Part shown: positions 1 to 12,559 of the stretch, piece after piece
Numbering within the stretch: position 1 is the first letter of the stretch
Layout: each line of letters opens with the position of its first letter
NCBI RefSeq assembly: GCF_004010195.1
Contig: NC_057719.1
Location: 46,138,021-46,202,020, forward strand
DNA: 64,000 bases
Direction of reading: 5' to 3'
Source: Chiloscyllium plagiosum
Taxonomy: Eukaryota
The notes under the pieces: model-generated
Databases searched by the model: none
What the model saw: the letters and a program-made list of their open reading frames with translations, nothing else
What the model was told of the DNA's origin: nothing
Program-made: the position numbers and the translations under genes

Positions 1-1700
1 AGGAGACCCAGGACCTGCATGTGTTTGGTGGAGTAGGAGGGGGAGGGGGAGTTGAAATGTTTGGCCATGGGGCGGTAGGGTTGGTTGGTACAGGTGTCCT
101 GGAGATGATCTCTGAAGTGCTGTGTGAGTAGATGTCCTGTCTTCCCAGGGTACAGGAGACAACATTAGGAACAACGGATACAGTAAATGACGTGTGGAAG
201 AGTAGGTGAATCTTTGGGGCTCCTTCGGGGTCTTGGACAGAGGCAAGGGGGAAGGTGTGGGTGCAGATTTTCCAATTCCTGCAGTGGCAGGGGAAGGTGC
301 TGGGATGATCTCTAGGATTTTGAAGCTGCTGGCCTCTGATTGACAGCAGCTTCTGGTGAGGTAGGACATTGGTACTAACGTTAATGATTCACTGAGATGG
401 CCCAGGTGGGGGGTATGGACCTGATAAGGGAGTCGCTGAGGGAACGGTCTTTATGGAAAGTGGATAGAGGTGGGGAGAGAAATGTATCTCTGGTGGTGGG
501 GTCTGTTTATAGGTGGCGGAAATGGCAGAGGATGATGGGATGTATGTTGAGATTGATGGGATGGAAGATAAGGACTATGGGGGTTCTGTCCTTGTTGTGG
601 TTGGAGGGGTGAGGTTCAAGGGCGGAGGCGTGAGAAGTGGATGAGATGCGCTGGAGGGCATCAACCTCCACATGGGAGGGGAAATTTCAGTCTTTAAAGG
701 AGGAGGCCATCTGGTGTGTTCTGTGGTGGAAATGGTCCTCCTGGGAGCAGATGCAGTGGAGGCACAGGAATTAGGAATAAGGGATAATATTGTTACAGGA
801 GGCAGGTGGGAGGAGGTGTAGTCAGTGGGTTTATAGAAGATGTCAGTGTTGAGTCAGTCAGTGTTGATTCGAGAAGGAGAGGTCCAGGAATGGGAGGGAG
901 GTGTCTGAGATAGTCCAGATGAATCTAAGGTCAGGGTGGAATGTGCTGGTGAAGGTGATGAACTGTCCAACCTCAACATGGGAGCATGAGGTGGCACCAA
1001 CGCAGTCATCAATGTAGTGGAGGAAAAGGTGGAGAATGGTTCCGGTGTAACTGTGGAAGATGGACTGTTCTACGTAGCCGACAAAGAGACAACCATAGCT
1101 GAGGCCCATGCAGGTGCCCACGGCTACCCCTCTTATCTGTAGGAAATGGGAGGACTCAAAAGGAGAAATTATGGAGGTTGAGGACCAGGTCAGCTGAACA
1201 AATGAGAAGTCAGTGGAAGGGTACTAATGGGGATGTCAGGAAAGAAGAAACAGGGGGCTTGGATGTCTTCGTCACGGCGGATGGAGGTGTACAGGGACTG
1301 GAAGTCCATGATGAAGATGAGGTGCTGGGGCCCGGGTAAACGATACTCTTGGATGGCATGGTTGGTGTCCCAAGCGCCATGTGGGGAGTTCCTGGACTGG
1401 GGAGATAGGACAGTATTGAGGTATGTGGAGATGAGTTTGGTAGGGCAGGAACAGGCAGAGACGATGGGTAAGCTGGGGTAATCAAGCTTGTGGATCTTGG
1501 GTAGGAGGTAGAACTGGGCGGTGCAGGGTTCCCGAACTATGAGATTGGAAGGTGTGTGTGGGAGATTCCCTGAGGTGATGAGGTTTTGTACTGTCTGGGA
1601 GATGATGATTTGCTACTGGGAAGTGAGGTTGTGGTCGAGGGGGCAGTAGGAGGAGGTGTCTTCGAGTTGGCTCCTAGCTTCAGTGTGTAGAGGTCAGTGC
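1..1700 (-). mobile_element. Penelope-like retroelement fragment (RT and GIY-YIG region), degenerate
   Basis: ORF 858..1121 MGTCMGLSYGCLFVGYVEQ...YIDDC...PFLDL gives PLE RT motifs; same family as 26166 and 49614. A ~90-bp unrelated insert sits at ~305-397. Confidence 0.88.
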
Positions 1701-2820
1701 TAAATCTTTACCTATCTGGTCAAACCTAGTTCTTGATGTCCTATTCCCAAATGCTCTGGTTCTGGGCACGCAGTTGCATTTTCTTCATCAGAAAACAGAA
1801 GTTATACTAGTATTGATTTCAGAGTAGACTGGTTTGCAGACAAACGTGATGCTCAGTTTCCACATGTGTAAGACATCTAGTTGATAAAAAAAGTCTGAAA
1901 TGCTTTTGCTCAATCATCATTAGCTGAAAAAAGCTGATTTAGTGAATCACATATTATACACTTATGGTGTAAAATACAAAGAAAAATCAGTGAAGTGAAA
2001 TAACTGAAAACAAAAGTTCATCTCATCAGTACCCGAGTTCTCTCCAAACACTATTTAAACACCCTTTTAAAGTAACCCACAATGATCTCAGTTGGTTGTT
2101 TAAATATCACAAATGAAGTTGATTTTGGAGAAAATTTCTTAATACAGTTTCACAGATTTCCATTTGTGCTGCTTTGAAGTAGTCATCTGGGTTTACCACA
2201 TTTGACTCTAATTATTCTGATCTTTCTCAATACAGTATACAGCTATTTGGGGTTAGTATGATCTGATCTGTATAATTTCTACACTTCCTTATCAAAGTCA
2301 TTTTTACCTTATTTTGTGGTGACCAAATCTAAACACAGCATTCTCAGCTGCAAACTGACCAAAGCGTTAGCAAAACACTTGTCAACTACCATTCCACATT
2401 TCCAGTTCGATATTTATTAACTCCTTCTTTGAATAAACTGTTTTGCTACATTCTGCAGTCACTTAAAATTATCACATTTAGATGCAGGGAAATGATGTGT
2501 GTTACTTCATGGCTCCTACTGAGCACTTGATTAGATGAGCAACGGTATTCCTTCAGTATTGAAAATGATAAAAGTACTGCAGCAGCTGAAATAAGTTTCT
2601 GTTCCAGATCCTTTTACAAATATCCTTGCTCCTTACTTCTAATGTGCAAGATTGTTGCTTGGAGAGAAAACAATTCACATAAACACACGCACACCTCATG
2701 AGATACATCCCTTCCCAATAACCCAGTCTGATAATCAACTTGGTCGTGGTTTATCATTTTTAATAACTTGAACTTGTGACTTTATAAAAAGAGGTAAAGG
2801 AAATTAGGCTAATTTTTGGT

Positions 2821-2905
2821 AAGCTCTTCATTCCTGAACGTTGATTCTCCTGCTCCTCAGATGCAGACTGACCTGCTGTGCTTTTCCAGCACCACTCTCT
2901 TGACT
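2821..2905 (+). mobile_element. Solo PLE terminus, hammerhead core deleted, with probable TSD
   Basis: Matches the PLE terminal repeat; flanked by ctaatttttggt (2809-2820) and ctaattctttggt (2906-2918). Confidence 0.7.
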
Positions 2906-3944
2906 CTAATTCTTTGGTTGTTAGTTTAAATCCTGAGCACCACAACTTGAAAAAGTTAATTTTTTTGGAAATGATGCAGAGAAAATTCACTGGAAGGATT
3001 AGAGACGCTGCGGGATTAAATAAATGAGGAGAGTTGAGAAACAAAGGACACAGATTAAAGAAGGTTAAGTGACAAAAGCTTAAAAATGGAAGCAAAAATA
3101 AATTGTATTTATACAAAATTTTAAATATACACACAAAGATGATGTTCCAAAATTGAAAATCAAATGCCAATGAACTGTGCTTACAGGTACCTTGCTGTCA
3201 GTCAGGTTAACAAACATTTGGGCATCAACACAACCATACTCTTAGATTTATCTATTATTAATAGGATGTTGTTTTCTAAAGTGCAGGATGATGGGTAAGA
3301 TGCTGATGCTACAAATTCAAGGTACATTTTCCAGTAAAAATAATTAAGCACAGGAACATTGCTAAGCCATGTATAACAAATCTCAAAATAATAAACTGTA
3401 CAAATCATTTGTGTGTGGAAATAATGGGTAATAAAGGAACACATTAAATGAAAGACACAAGAAGAAACATACAAGTTTCATTTAATAAGTATCTTTTCAG
3501 GAATCGTCCATATTTTGCACATGACTAGACAAAGACACCAGCTGCTACATGTATCAAATACAACTCACAAAGAGCAACACAAACCAGGAGCCCTCTTAGT
3601 TTGCTTCTCACAAGATACAATCAACTGATTCGACATCAAATTTTCACTTCTGCAGCAGAGTGAGGGGATGAACAGGGAGATGTATGACATTTAAACATTA
3701 CTATTGCCATAACTGCAAGGGCTAACATTTTTCAGATTGTTAACTGGTTGAGTTCATAGTGTTTTTGTCAAAATAAAATGAAAATTGAGTCAATCCTTGG
3801 CAGGGTATTGGCTTCTGGACAGAGAAAATGTCAGAAGGGAAAGCTGGAAACTGATGTTTGTTCTACATTATAGATGTACAATAAAACACTTGTAAAACAG
3901 AGTATCCTTTGCTGGCTAATTCTACAATTTCAGACACCTTCAGT

Positions 3945-4502
3945 AGCGTGTGTAGTGCTGGAAAAGCACAGCAGGTCAGGCAGCACCCAAGGAGCAGGAA
4001 AATCGACGTTTCGGGCATAAGCCCTTCATCAGGAATGATGCTTGTGGGTCAGGGCTGAGAGATAAATGGGAGGGGGTGGCGTTTTGTGAAAGGTAGCTGA
4101 GAAAGCGATAGGTGGATGAAGGCGAGGGAGAAGAGCGATGGACAGGTCTGGAGGGTGGTGCCAGGTCTGGAGGGTGGTGCCTTGAGACTGGGATAAATGT
4201 GGGGTGATGGGAAGTTAGGACGCTGTTGAAATCCACATTTATCCCATGTGGTTGCAGGGTCCCAAGACTGAATATGAGGCGTTCCTCCTCCAGGGTCAGG
4301 TGGTAATGGTTTGGCAGTGGTGGAAGCCCAGGACCTGCATGTCCTTGACGGAGTGGGAGGGAGAGTTGAAGTGTTCAGCCACAGGGCGGTGGGGTTGGTA
4401 GGTGCTGGTGTCCCAGAGATGTTCTCTGAAACGATCTACAAGAAGGCATCCTGTCTCCCCGATGTACAGGAGACCACTCCGGGTGCAACGGATGCAGTAC
4501 AT
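3945..4502 (-). mobile_element. Penelope-like element 3' part (GIY-YIG endonuclease plus terminal repeat)
   Basis: ORF 4296..4502 YCIRC..GLLYIGETG...RFREH...PVAEHFN is a PLE GIY-YIG; terminal repeat with hammerhead motif. Contains a 19-bp tandem duplication at 4143-4180. Confidence 0.9.
4001..4036 (-). ncRNA. Minimal type I hammerhead ribozyme motif (intact), sense to FERMT2
   Basis: ATTC-CTGATGA-A-GGGC-TTAT-GCCC-GAAA-CG-TC-GATT: full catalytic core, 4-bp stem II, palindromic ACGT stem III. Confidence 0.8.
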
Positions 4503-4639
4503 GCAGTATTTACACCAATGACAGTAAAGGAGAAAGAGAGATTTGCAAAGAGAAGGCAGTTATACCAGGGAACAAGTAGGTGTTGTTGGCATTGGTGAAA
4601 ATACTCTAATTTCAAAAATTAAATATCAATAACCAATCT

Positions 4640-6760
4640 CATGATCAGATTTAGAGACAGAGATCTACAGCGCCAGAAAATGCCCATTGGTCCATCACAT
4701 CTGCACTGGTCAAAAACATCTACCTAACTATTCTAATCCCATTTTCCATGGCCCAATGAGTTTGTGCCTTGGCAAGTGCACACCCAAATACTTATTAAAT
4801 GTTATGAGGATTTCTGCCTCTACCACCCTTACAGGCAGTGAGTTTCCAGGTTCCCACTGCCTTCTGGGTGGACATTGTTTTTCCTCATATCCTGGTGAAC
4901 TTCCTCTACACCCTGCTATCACATTCCTCCAATAATGTGGATTCCAGAACTGCACACAATGCCATAGCTGTGACTTAATCAATGGTTTATACACTCACAA
5001 AATAACCTTGCTGCTCTTAAACTCTATATTTGACGAATAAAGGCAAGTACAACATAGGCCTTTTAAATCACATTGTCTACCTGTCCTGATACCTTAAGGG
5101 GATAGTGTACATGCACAGAGGTCCTTCTGCTCCTCAATGTTTCCCTGAGTCCTACCATTCATCATGTACTCCTTTGCTTTATTTGTCCCTCACCAAGTGC
5201 ATCACCTCACATTTATCTGGATTGAATTCCATTTGCTACTGATCAGTCCATCTATATCCTCTTGCAATCTAAGGCAATACTCCTCACTATCTACCAACAC
5301 ACCAATTTTTCAAATCACCTGCAAACTTACTGATCAACCACCTACAGTACATTCAATTCTAAATCATTTACATAAACCACAGCAGCAAGGACTCCAACAC
5401 CGACTCCTGTGGCACCCCATGGGACACACTTCCAGTCAGCTTCCATACATTTCCAGCCAATTGTAGATCCAATTACTCAAATTTCCTTGGATCTCATGGG
5501 CTCTTACCTTTGCAGGACTTTATCAAAAGCCTTGCTGAAGTTCAAGTCGACTACATCAAAAGCATTGCCCTCATCTACACACCTGGTCACCTCCTCAAAA
5601 AATCTAATCAAGTTTGTCAGACATGACCTTCCCTTAACAAAACCATGCCGACTGTTCTTAGTTAATCCCTGCCTCTCCAGATGCAGATTAATGCTGTCTC
5701 TCAGAATTGCTTCTATTAGTTTCACACCACTGAGGTTAGAATGAATGGTCTGTGGTTTTCTGGTTTATCGCTTGCTCCCTTCTTGAATATGGTACTGCAT
5801 TGACAGTCCTCCATTTCTTCAGCACTCCCCTGTGATCAGAATTTAAATTTTTTGCAAGCACCCCAATATTTACTCCCTTGCCTCTCTTAATATCTTGGGT
5901 TACAGTTCATCCGGCCCTGAAGATGTATTTACTTTCAACCCTGCCAGACCCTGAGAACTTCTTTCTGTCAATGCTAACTTCTTTAATTAATCACAACCTT
6001 TTCCCTGATTTCTATACCTTTACCCATTCCAGTCCATGAGCATCACCCAAAATATCCATTTAGAACCCTACCTACATCCTCTGACTTCATGTACAAATTA
6101 CCACTGGGATCCTTAAAGCAGTCAAGAGTGTGGTGCTGGAAAAGCACAGCAGGTCAGACAGCATCCGAGGAGCAGGAGAATCGATGTTTTGGGCATTCCA
6201 GCACTACACTCTCGACTCTGATCTCCAGCATCTGCAGTCCTCACTTTCTTCTGGTCTTTAAAGCACTGTACTCTAATATTGTCTTACCTCTCACCTGTAA
6301 TAACTTAAGATTTCCTTTATTTTAACCCTCAGTACACTTTCATATCCCCTTTTAGCTCTGCTAATTTCCCCTTAAAGTTCCATCTTGCACATTCTATAGA
6401 CCTCTAGGGCTTCTGCTGTTTTGTATCTTCCAAACACCTTATTTTTTCTCTTATTCCAATGAAGTATATCCTTTGATATCCAGAGTTCACAGGATTTTAT
6501 GGTACCAGCCTTTTTCTTTGTTGCAACATGCTAATCATGTTTTCTTCTTATTTTTTTTTTGATTTTATCCCACTGTTCTGAGACAGGTTTACCTGAAAGT
6601 ATATGCTCCCGATCAACTCTGGCCAAATCATATCAAGTTGTATTAAAATCAGCCTTTCCTCGGTTGAGAACTTTGATCGCTGTCTGCAAAATGTCCTTCC
6701 ACTGACACTTAACCACTTTCCAGCTTTGTTACCAAAAATTAAGTCCAAGACCTTACTCTC
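4640..6760 (-). mobile_element. CR1-clade LINE fragment (RT), interrupted at ~6121-6250
   Basis: ORF 5504..5725 HGFVKGRSCLTNLIRFFEEVT..VDEG..DVV.L.FSKAFDKV is CR1 RT; ORF 4728..4994 CVQFW is the CR1 ORF2 C-terminal region. Confidence 0.85.
6121..6250. mobile_element. Mini-element of two inverted PLE termini
   Basis: A minus-strand terminus joined to a plus-strand terminus; ttaaagca repeated at 6113-6120 and 6258-6265. Confidence 0.75.
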
Positions 6761-7401
6761 CAGTTAGTAGAATGTACAGCAATGAAAATGAAACTGCAGA
6801 AGTCCACTGAAGAGTTATAGTTCAAATATCACAGATATGGCTATAGTAGCCAGTCCTAGAACCTAAGTTAAATACTGTGTGTGGATCTCACCTTAAATGA
6901 TGAGCAGTACAATCAAATTAATTAAATAATTAATTATTTAGACGATAAGACCTGTGTCTTTGGTCTAAATAATTATTACCATTTGCACGGCCTGAAAATG
7001 ATGTTCTACTTGAAATTCATATTTCTCCATGTAATGAGAGCAAAAAGCTAACAACAACATTAATTGAAAAGTTACATCAGTTACTCATTTGAAAATTATG
7101 TAAAGCAGTTTTGCTCAAGCACACATTAAAAATAGAAAACTGATCTCATCATTCTGCAGTATGTTTGAACTCAGAAATACTTTAATGGAACATGCAGAAT
7201 TGTCCAATGATATTCTGGGCATAGTGCCCATTATTGCAGTCTCTGTCCTTCTCAAAAACTCCAAAACTGTTTACAGCTAGTGCAATAAAGGCATTCAAAG
7301 TTCAGGGAAACTTATCCCAGCACTGAAACTTTCTAATGTAGCAATTAAAACAAACCTTCATTGAAATGGGTTTTTCTCACTTCATGTTCATTGTTACTTA
7401 C

Positions 7402-7509
7402 TTGTAAAGCTGCAAACATCATCATTTCCTCCTCTGTGCATTCAATTTCTTCCAGAAGAATGCACCATTTAGCTTGTTCAAAAAGTTGGTTGATTCTCAC
7501 TGCATCATA
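7402..7509 (-). CDS. FERMT2: Kindlin-2 coding exon (exon 7 equivalent; F2 start), 108 nt, phase 0-0
   Basis: [36 protein letters not shown]. Acceptor atttcag, donor gtaagt. Not in the ORF track. Confidence 0.95.
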
Positions 7510-8108
7510 CTGAAATATCAATGTTTAGAATTACCACAACTTTGTAGAAACATTGTGTGATAGTACAAAAATTCAGAAACTATAAATAAAGACTGTCACT
7601 GCAGATATTGTTCTTTTTAAAATAGATAAATGCTCAATTAGTAGTTTAACAGCATTTCAAATAGAAATCATTGAAGTTATCCCATTGTAATATGCAGTGC
7701 CACCATGAAGCTATATGCAGTATCGCCATAGAAGTATTGATTATAATTACAGCAAATATTGTCCTACAATTTCAAAGATTTATACTCTAAATAAACAGAC
7801 TATGCAAAACCAGAAATGAGTTGTCACATCTTAGTTATAATAGTTAAGTGCTGGATAATGGAGTTAATAAACTATAATCTGCATATTGATACATAGTTCA
7901 ATATGGAGTTGTAATCAAACTTGCAATGTTGCTACATACGTTTCAGGGTTTTAAACATAAACATTGCAACACAATTTGGCACAAGCTAGTCATAATTGGC
8001 TTTTCAATGATACTGAATAATAAATGTTGCTATATTGTTGCAAAATTTGGAAAACACTTCATGAAGAAAAAAAATTTCAAAATGGTATGTCTCTCTGTAA
8101 ACTCGTAC

Positions 8109-8211
8109 CTTTGGGTTTAAATCAAAAAAACTGTAATATTTGAATCGGAGCATTAAAACATCATTGTCTTTAACATCTTGCTCCATCAGGGACCTTGATG
8201 AATCTAACCAT
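8109..8211 (-). CDS. FERMT2: Kindlin-2 coding exon (exon 6 equivalent), 103 nt, phase 2-0
   Basis: [34 protein letters not shown]. Acceptor ttcttttag, donor gtacga. Confidence 0.96.
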
Positions 8212-8313
8212 CTAAAAGAAAATATGGAGAAGTTAAAAATAAGAGTGTACAAGATTGAACTTCATACTTAAAATTGCATTTGAAAGAAAGATACAAAAAA
8301 TATCTCAACTTAC

Positions 8314-8539
8314 CCTTTATTCATTTTTGCCTTATCAAGGAGAGACTGCGGTTTGAAAAGCTGTGCCAAAATATCTGGAGAGGTGATTGGCTGGCTCACC
8401 GCAAGAACACTAGGATTGCCTTCAGACAGAGGACTGTCACCAAACCAAGCTGATGTCGGGGAAAGTGGACTACCATCTCTTGAATCATATGTTGGTGTCA
8501 TTGTCTTGCTATATAATCCGGGGCTTGAGTAAATACTTC
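8314..8539 (-). CDS. FERMT2: Kindlin-2 coding exon (exon 5 equivalent), 226 nt, phase 1-2
   Basis: (G)[74 protein letters not shown](G). Acceptor tctcctttcag, donor gtaagt. Confidence 0.96.
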
Positions 8540-8742
8540 CTGAAAGGAGAAAGATTGAAAAAATATATAATTTTATGGTTAATTGCCAGTTTGGGTATTG
8601 GTAAGGTGCACATCTGCAGAATCAATAACATTAATCTTTATGCAACTGTTTTACTTTGTGTTTTTCATAACACGAAGTACCTATAGTTATGTATTGTACA
8701 GCAATACATTTAATCATGAAGTTTGATAAATTGAGAGCTTAC

Positions 8743-8775
8743 CTTTTGATGGACCAATATAAAGAACATCAGAGC
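8743..8775 (-). CDS. FERMT2: 33-nt in-frame micro-exon of kindlin-2 (G)SDVLYIGPSK(G), probably an alternative cassette
   Basis: Acceptor ttctcatttcctctgttttcctcttctgtag; exon GCTCTGATGTTCTTTATATTGGTCCATCAAAAG; donor gtaagc. Phase 1-1, stop-free, fits between ...TPGS(G) and (G)SIYSSPG. Confidence 0.85.
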
Positions 8776-8816
8776 CTACAGAAGAGGAAAACAGAGGAAA
8801 TGAGAAGGGTAAGAAG

Positions 8817-8893
8817 AGCACAGAACAAGCAAGGCATAGCACAGTGAACAGGCAGAGCAAAGTGAGTAAGCAAGCAGAGCAAAACAACATGCA
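8817..8893 (-). promoter_or_regulatory. Putative intronic splicing-regulatory cluster upstream of the micro-exon (YGCY/MBNL-type motifs plus one TGCATG/RBFOX-type motif)
   Basis: On the transcribed strand, 7x TGCT and 2x TGCC within 8817-8881, and TGCATG at 8888-8893. Confidence 0.55.
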
Positions 8894-11800
8894 TCAAGAG
8901 CTTGGCCAGTGATAAGGACAATTACACAAATTAACTTAAAGGTACCATGGATTCATCATGTCTCCTTTATACAGAGCTTGATTCATCGTCAACAACAGTA
9001 AAATAATTAGTCAACCTCCAGATGTCAAAGATAACAACAGCACTGTCTGGAGGAAGTGCACACTATGAAATCTTGTAACAGTGAAACAAAACAAAATCCC
9101 GAAGTTAACAAATGAACATGGCTTATTTGGCATACATGTTGGTTTTGGCACATGCCATACATTTTTCAGATAAATTGATGCGTCCACTATTTGATGAAAG
9201 CCCAAATGAGTGAGGATTTGGAGATGCCGGTTTTTGTTAACAATAGTGATAGCTAGACAATATGTGTGAGCAATGTGACCGAAATAAAATCTCCAAGACA
9301 GCAAAAGAACTGCTCTTGTTTTTTGATATTATTGCAGGGACTTATTTTTTTAGATTAGATTAGATTACTTACAGTGTGGATTAGATTAGATTATTTACTT
9401 ACTTATTATAATACTGGACTGAATACGAACATTTAAATGACTAATAGAAATATATTTCACCCAACTGAAAACGGCAAAAGAAATTATCACATTTCACAAG
9501 TTTCATCTCTCTCCCTCAAAATACATATAATTTAGCAGTAGAAGTTTGACAGAAGGAGCAGAATGTCATTTGAGGATTTCTCCCAGGAAAACTGAAGAGG
9601 AGACTATTTGGGCTTGATTACAATTTTATTGGGAAATCTTTTCTTCTTATATCATAAATGCACTCTATCTTGTTGATCTGCCAATCAGATGGTGGTCTCA
9701 CCAAATTACCAATGAGTTACAAACCCACTTTAATTTCAGCCATTTTTAAGAGTGATAATGTCTTCTATTATAAATGCAAGTTTATTTTCAAAAAATAACA
9801 TTCCATTTCATTTGCTGGGAATTTTAAAAAATGCTCCAAGATTATCAAAGATTCTATAAAAATATGTAACTAATATAATGCTATAACCAAATCGCTACTA
9901 GTGCATTGATCCTGTACATCTGAGGGGCAGTAATCTTCATTGGTATACCTTATTTGATCAGTAAGGTCTTTGTTGTGTATGACCATCATGTTCCCAGAGG
10001 GGAAATTCCTTTGAGATTCCATTGTTCCTATTAATAAGTTTCCTACTCGTTAATCTAATTTTTTGATATTAAGATCTGTCATTATAGTGGAGCAGGGGAA
10101 GCAATGGTACCAGAACTGATAAATGACTACAGGCATGACATATGAACTCTTTTCATAAATACTGCCAGAATAATCTCGTGTTTCCAGCATTCTATTTTTA
10201 TTTAGATTGCCATTATCTATATCACTTTGCTTTAGTGTTGTTCTGATGCACATGCTACAGAGGGCCCTCACCAGGTTAACTCTGAAGAATTTCAGTACTG
10301 TTTTTTTCCCTATGACTACCTCTATTGCAAATTGTATGTTGACCATTTGAGATTCTTAGTCCTTTAGGATCACCTTTGCTTTCACATGAATCATCTGGAG
10401 TGACTGAGTGTCAATGAAAATTTAATAGGGATAGATTCCTGACCCAATTTCTTGTGGTCATTGCAGGGGGCTGGAGAGAAAGTATCTCAGAAATCTGGTG
10501 AGACTACTTTGGTCAGCAATGTGAAAAGACAAATAGTATGCTTATTACAACACCAATACCACCAATGTCTGAATAACAGTTATCAAGTCAATGTTTGGGC
10601 AAATCTTGTACTTTTGCAGAGGTTACAGGAATCAGTTTAATAACTCTACCAGTGTTTGCCTTTCATATGACAGTAATCATGTGTCAGATTTTTTACTGCA
10701 GTTCTTTTGCCCACAAGTAGCAACACCTTTGACTGACTCATCTTTGACCAATGCCATTGGTTGCACCGCATGCAAAACTTTTAATCTAGTGCACTCTTCA
10801 TCAACTCTTGCACACTAATTAATTAGAACATTGCACTCGGAGTGCATTTTATCATTAGAGGAGAACCAGTGTCAGCTTAAAATTTGCTATCTTCAAACAA
10901 GAGGTTCATTCCATTATCTTTTCTTACACAAAGCAGAACATCGCAGATTTGCTTAAGTAGATAAAGAGCTTTGATTACCAGTGCCAGAACGCCAGTTAAA
11001 AACTTCAATTATTGGAAAGAACCAATGTCATTTTCTGCTTCTTACTGGTATAAAGTATAGAGTCAGCCTTTATTCAGATAAATAGTCTAGAGTGGTAGTA
11101 TCAGTACATGAATGGTTAAAGCATCTTTGTGTTATTCCCCAGTTCTAGTAGGAGATACCAACTCCATCAAAAACAATATCACATGAAGATTATGTGTACA
11201 AATTCTAATATCATACCCAGTCAAGGTTAAAATGAAAGTCTCACAACAACTGCCCTGTAAAAAGCCCAAGTTATGCTACAGTATCCCCTAAATTGGTCTA
11301 ATTTCCCTCACCAAAAACTGATAATCGAGCGGTCATTGCAGAAACTGCATTATTCTTAGGAGATAGTTCTGTAGACCTGGACTCTGAGCAATCGATGCAC
11401 TCTTTCAATTCTGGCCTTGGGTGCATCCCAACTTTAATTACCTCACCATTGACAACTATGTTCCTTTGACGAAGCTGTTGATCATTGCAACATAGAAATT
11501 TAACAGCTGTATTGCTTGCATGCATCAATGATGTCAAAATTCATGGATGTGGAGCCCATACATGGAAAGTCCTGTTTAAGCTTCTATTGTACAGTATATG
11601 CAGTTAACAAAAACTGCTTTCACCAACATGGTTGCTGACTCCCTTCTGTGAAGAATACGTAGATATCAACCCTAATATTGTTACATTAATCTGCCCTAAT
11701 ATATCCCCTTGTTATCTGATGTCAGGCTTTGTCACTGTTTCTGAGAAGCGCTTGGGCTGTTTTGCTTTGAAGCTTATAAAAATGCAAATTATACCGTATT

Positions 11801-12559
11801 GACGTTTACCAATTTCAAATGAAATAGTGTGACTGTGGAGCTCAAGCATGCAATTTAAATAGAGTAACACCAAAATATGCAATTTATGTGGGCCTTTCAG
11901 AAGGGCTCCCCAGGACACAATGGAGTTTAAATCTTGTTACTTATATTTCATTTAGACAAGGACATTTTGCCTTTATTGGCTTTAACATAAACCAGGATTT
12001 AAAGTTCAAATAATTACTTTTCTTTAAATCTTTCGAAGCCATATCTACCATGGTGAAAATGCCAGAATTTGTCAGGAATCATAAGTCCCAATCATGAACC
12101 CGGCATCTCAAATTTTCACAGTCAGGATTGTGGCCGAGCAATGATTCATATGGGGCAGCTCCTGGTAACCAGCTGCTTCCATGGAAGCAAGGTTTTGGAA
12201 TCCCTGGAGTGTGGAACCAAGAGCTCAAAAATTAGACCAGGAGAGAGCAAGTCTGTTCTGTGTATTTCTTTTAGATAGTCAGCCCAGATATTCCTCTAGG
12301 CAGCTAGGGAACACCAACAGATACGGCTGCAAGATACCTGCAGGGATCTTTTAGTTGGGTGTCCCGTATCCCTGGTGGGAAAGGAGGCTGTGCGTTGGGT
12401 GCCCATCAGGACAGTTAACTGTGAAATTTGTATATACATGAGCATAAATTCATTGACAAACATATCAAGTAGTGTCTAGAAGTCTCAAATGTAAAGGTAG
12501 TCATTGATCAGAAAGTGAATTGGACCATCTTATAAATACTCTAGTTACAGAGGCTGTAG

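Noticed and set aside
322..353. 10-bp perfect hairpin gaagctgctg/cagcagcttc
   Set aside because: Too short to assign; lies in a small insert within a decayed PLE.
9351..9405. (TTAGA)n as telomeric repeat
   Set aside because: Not TTAGGG; it matches a short retroposon tail remnant (ttagattacttacagtgtgga).
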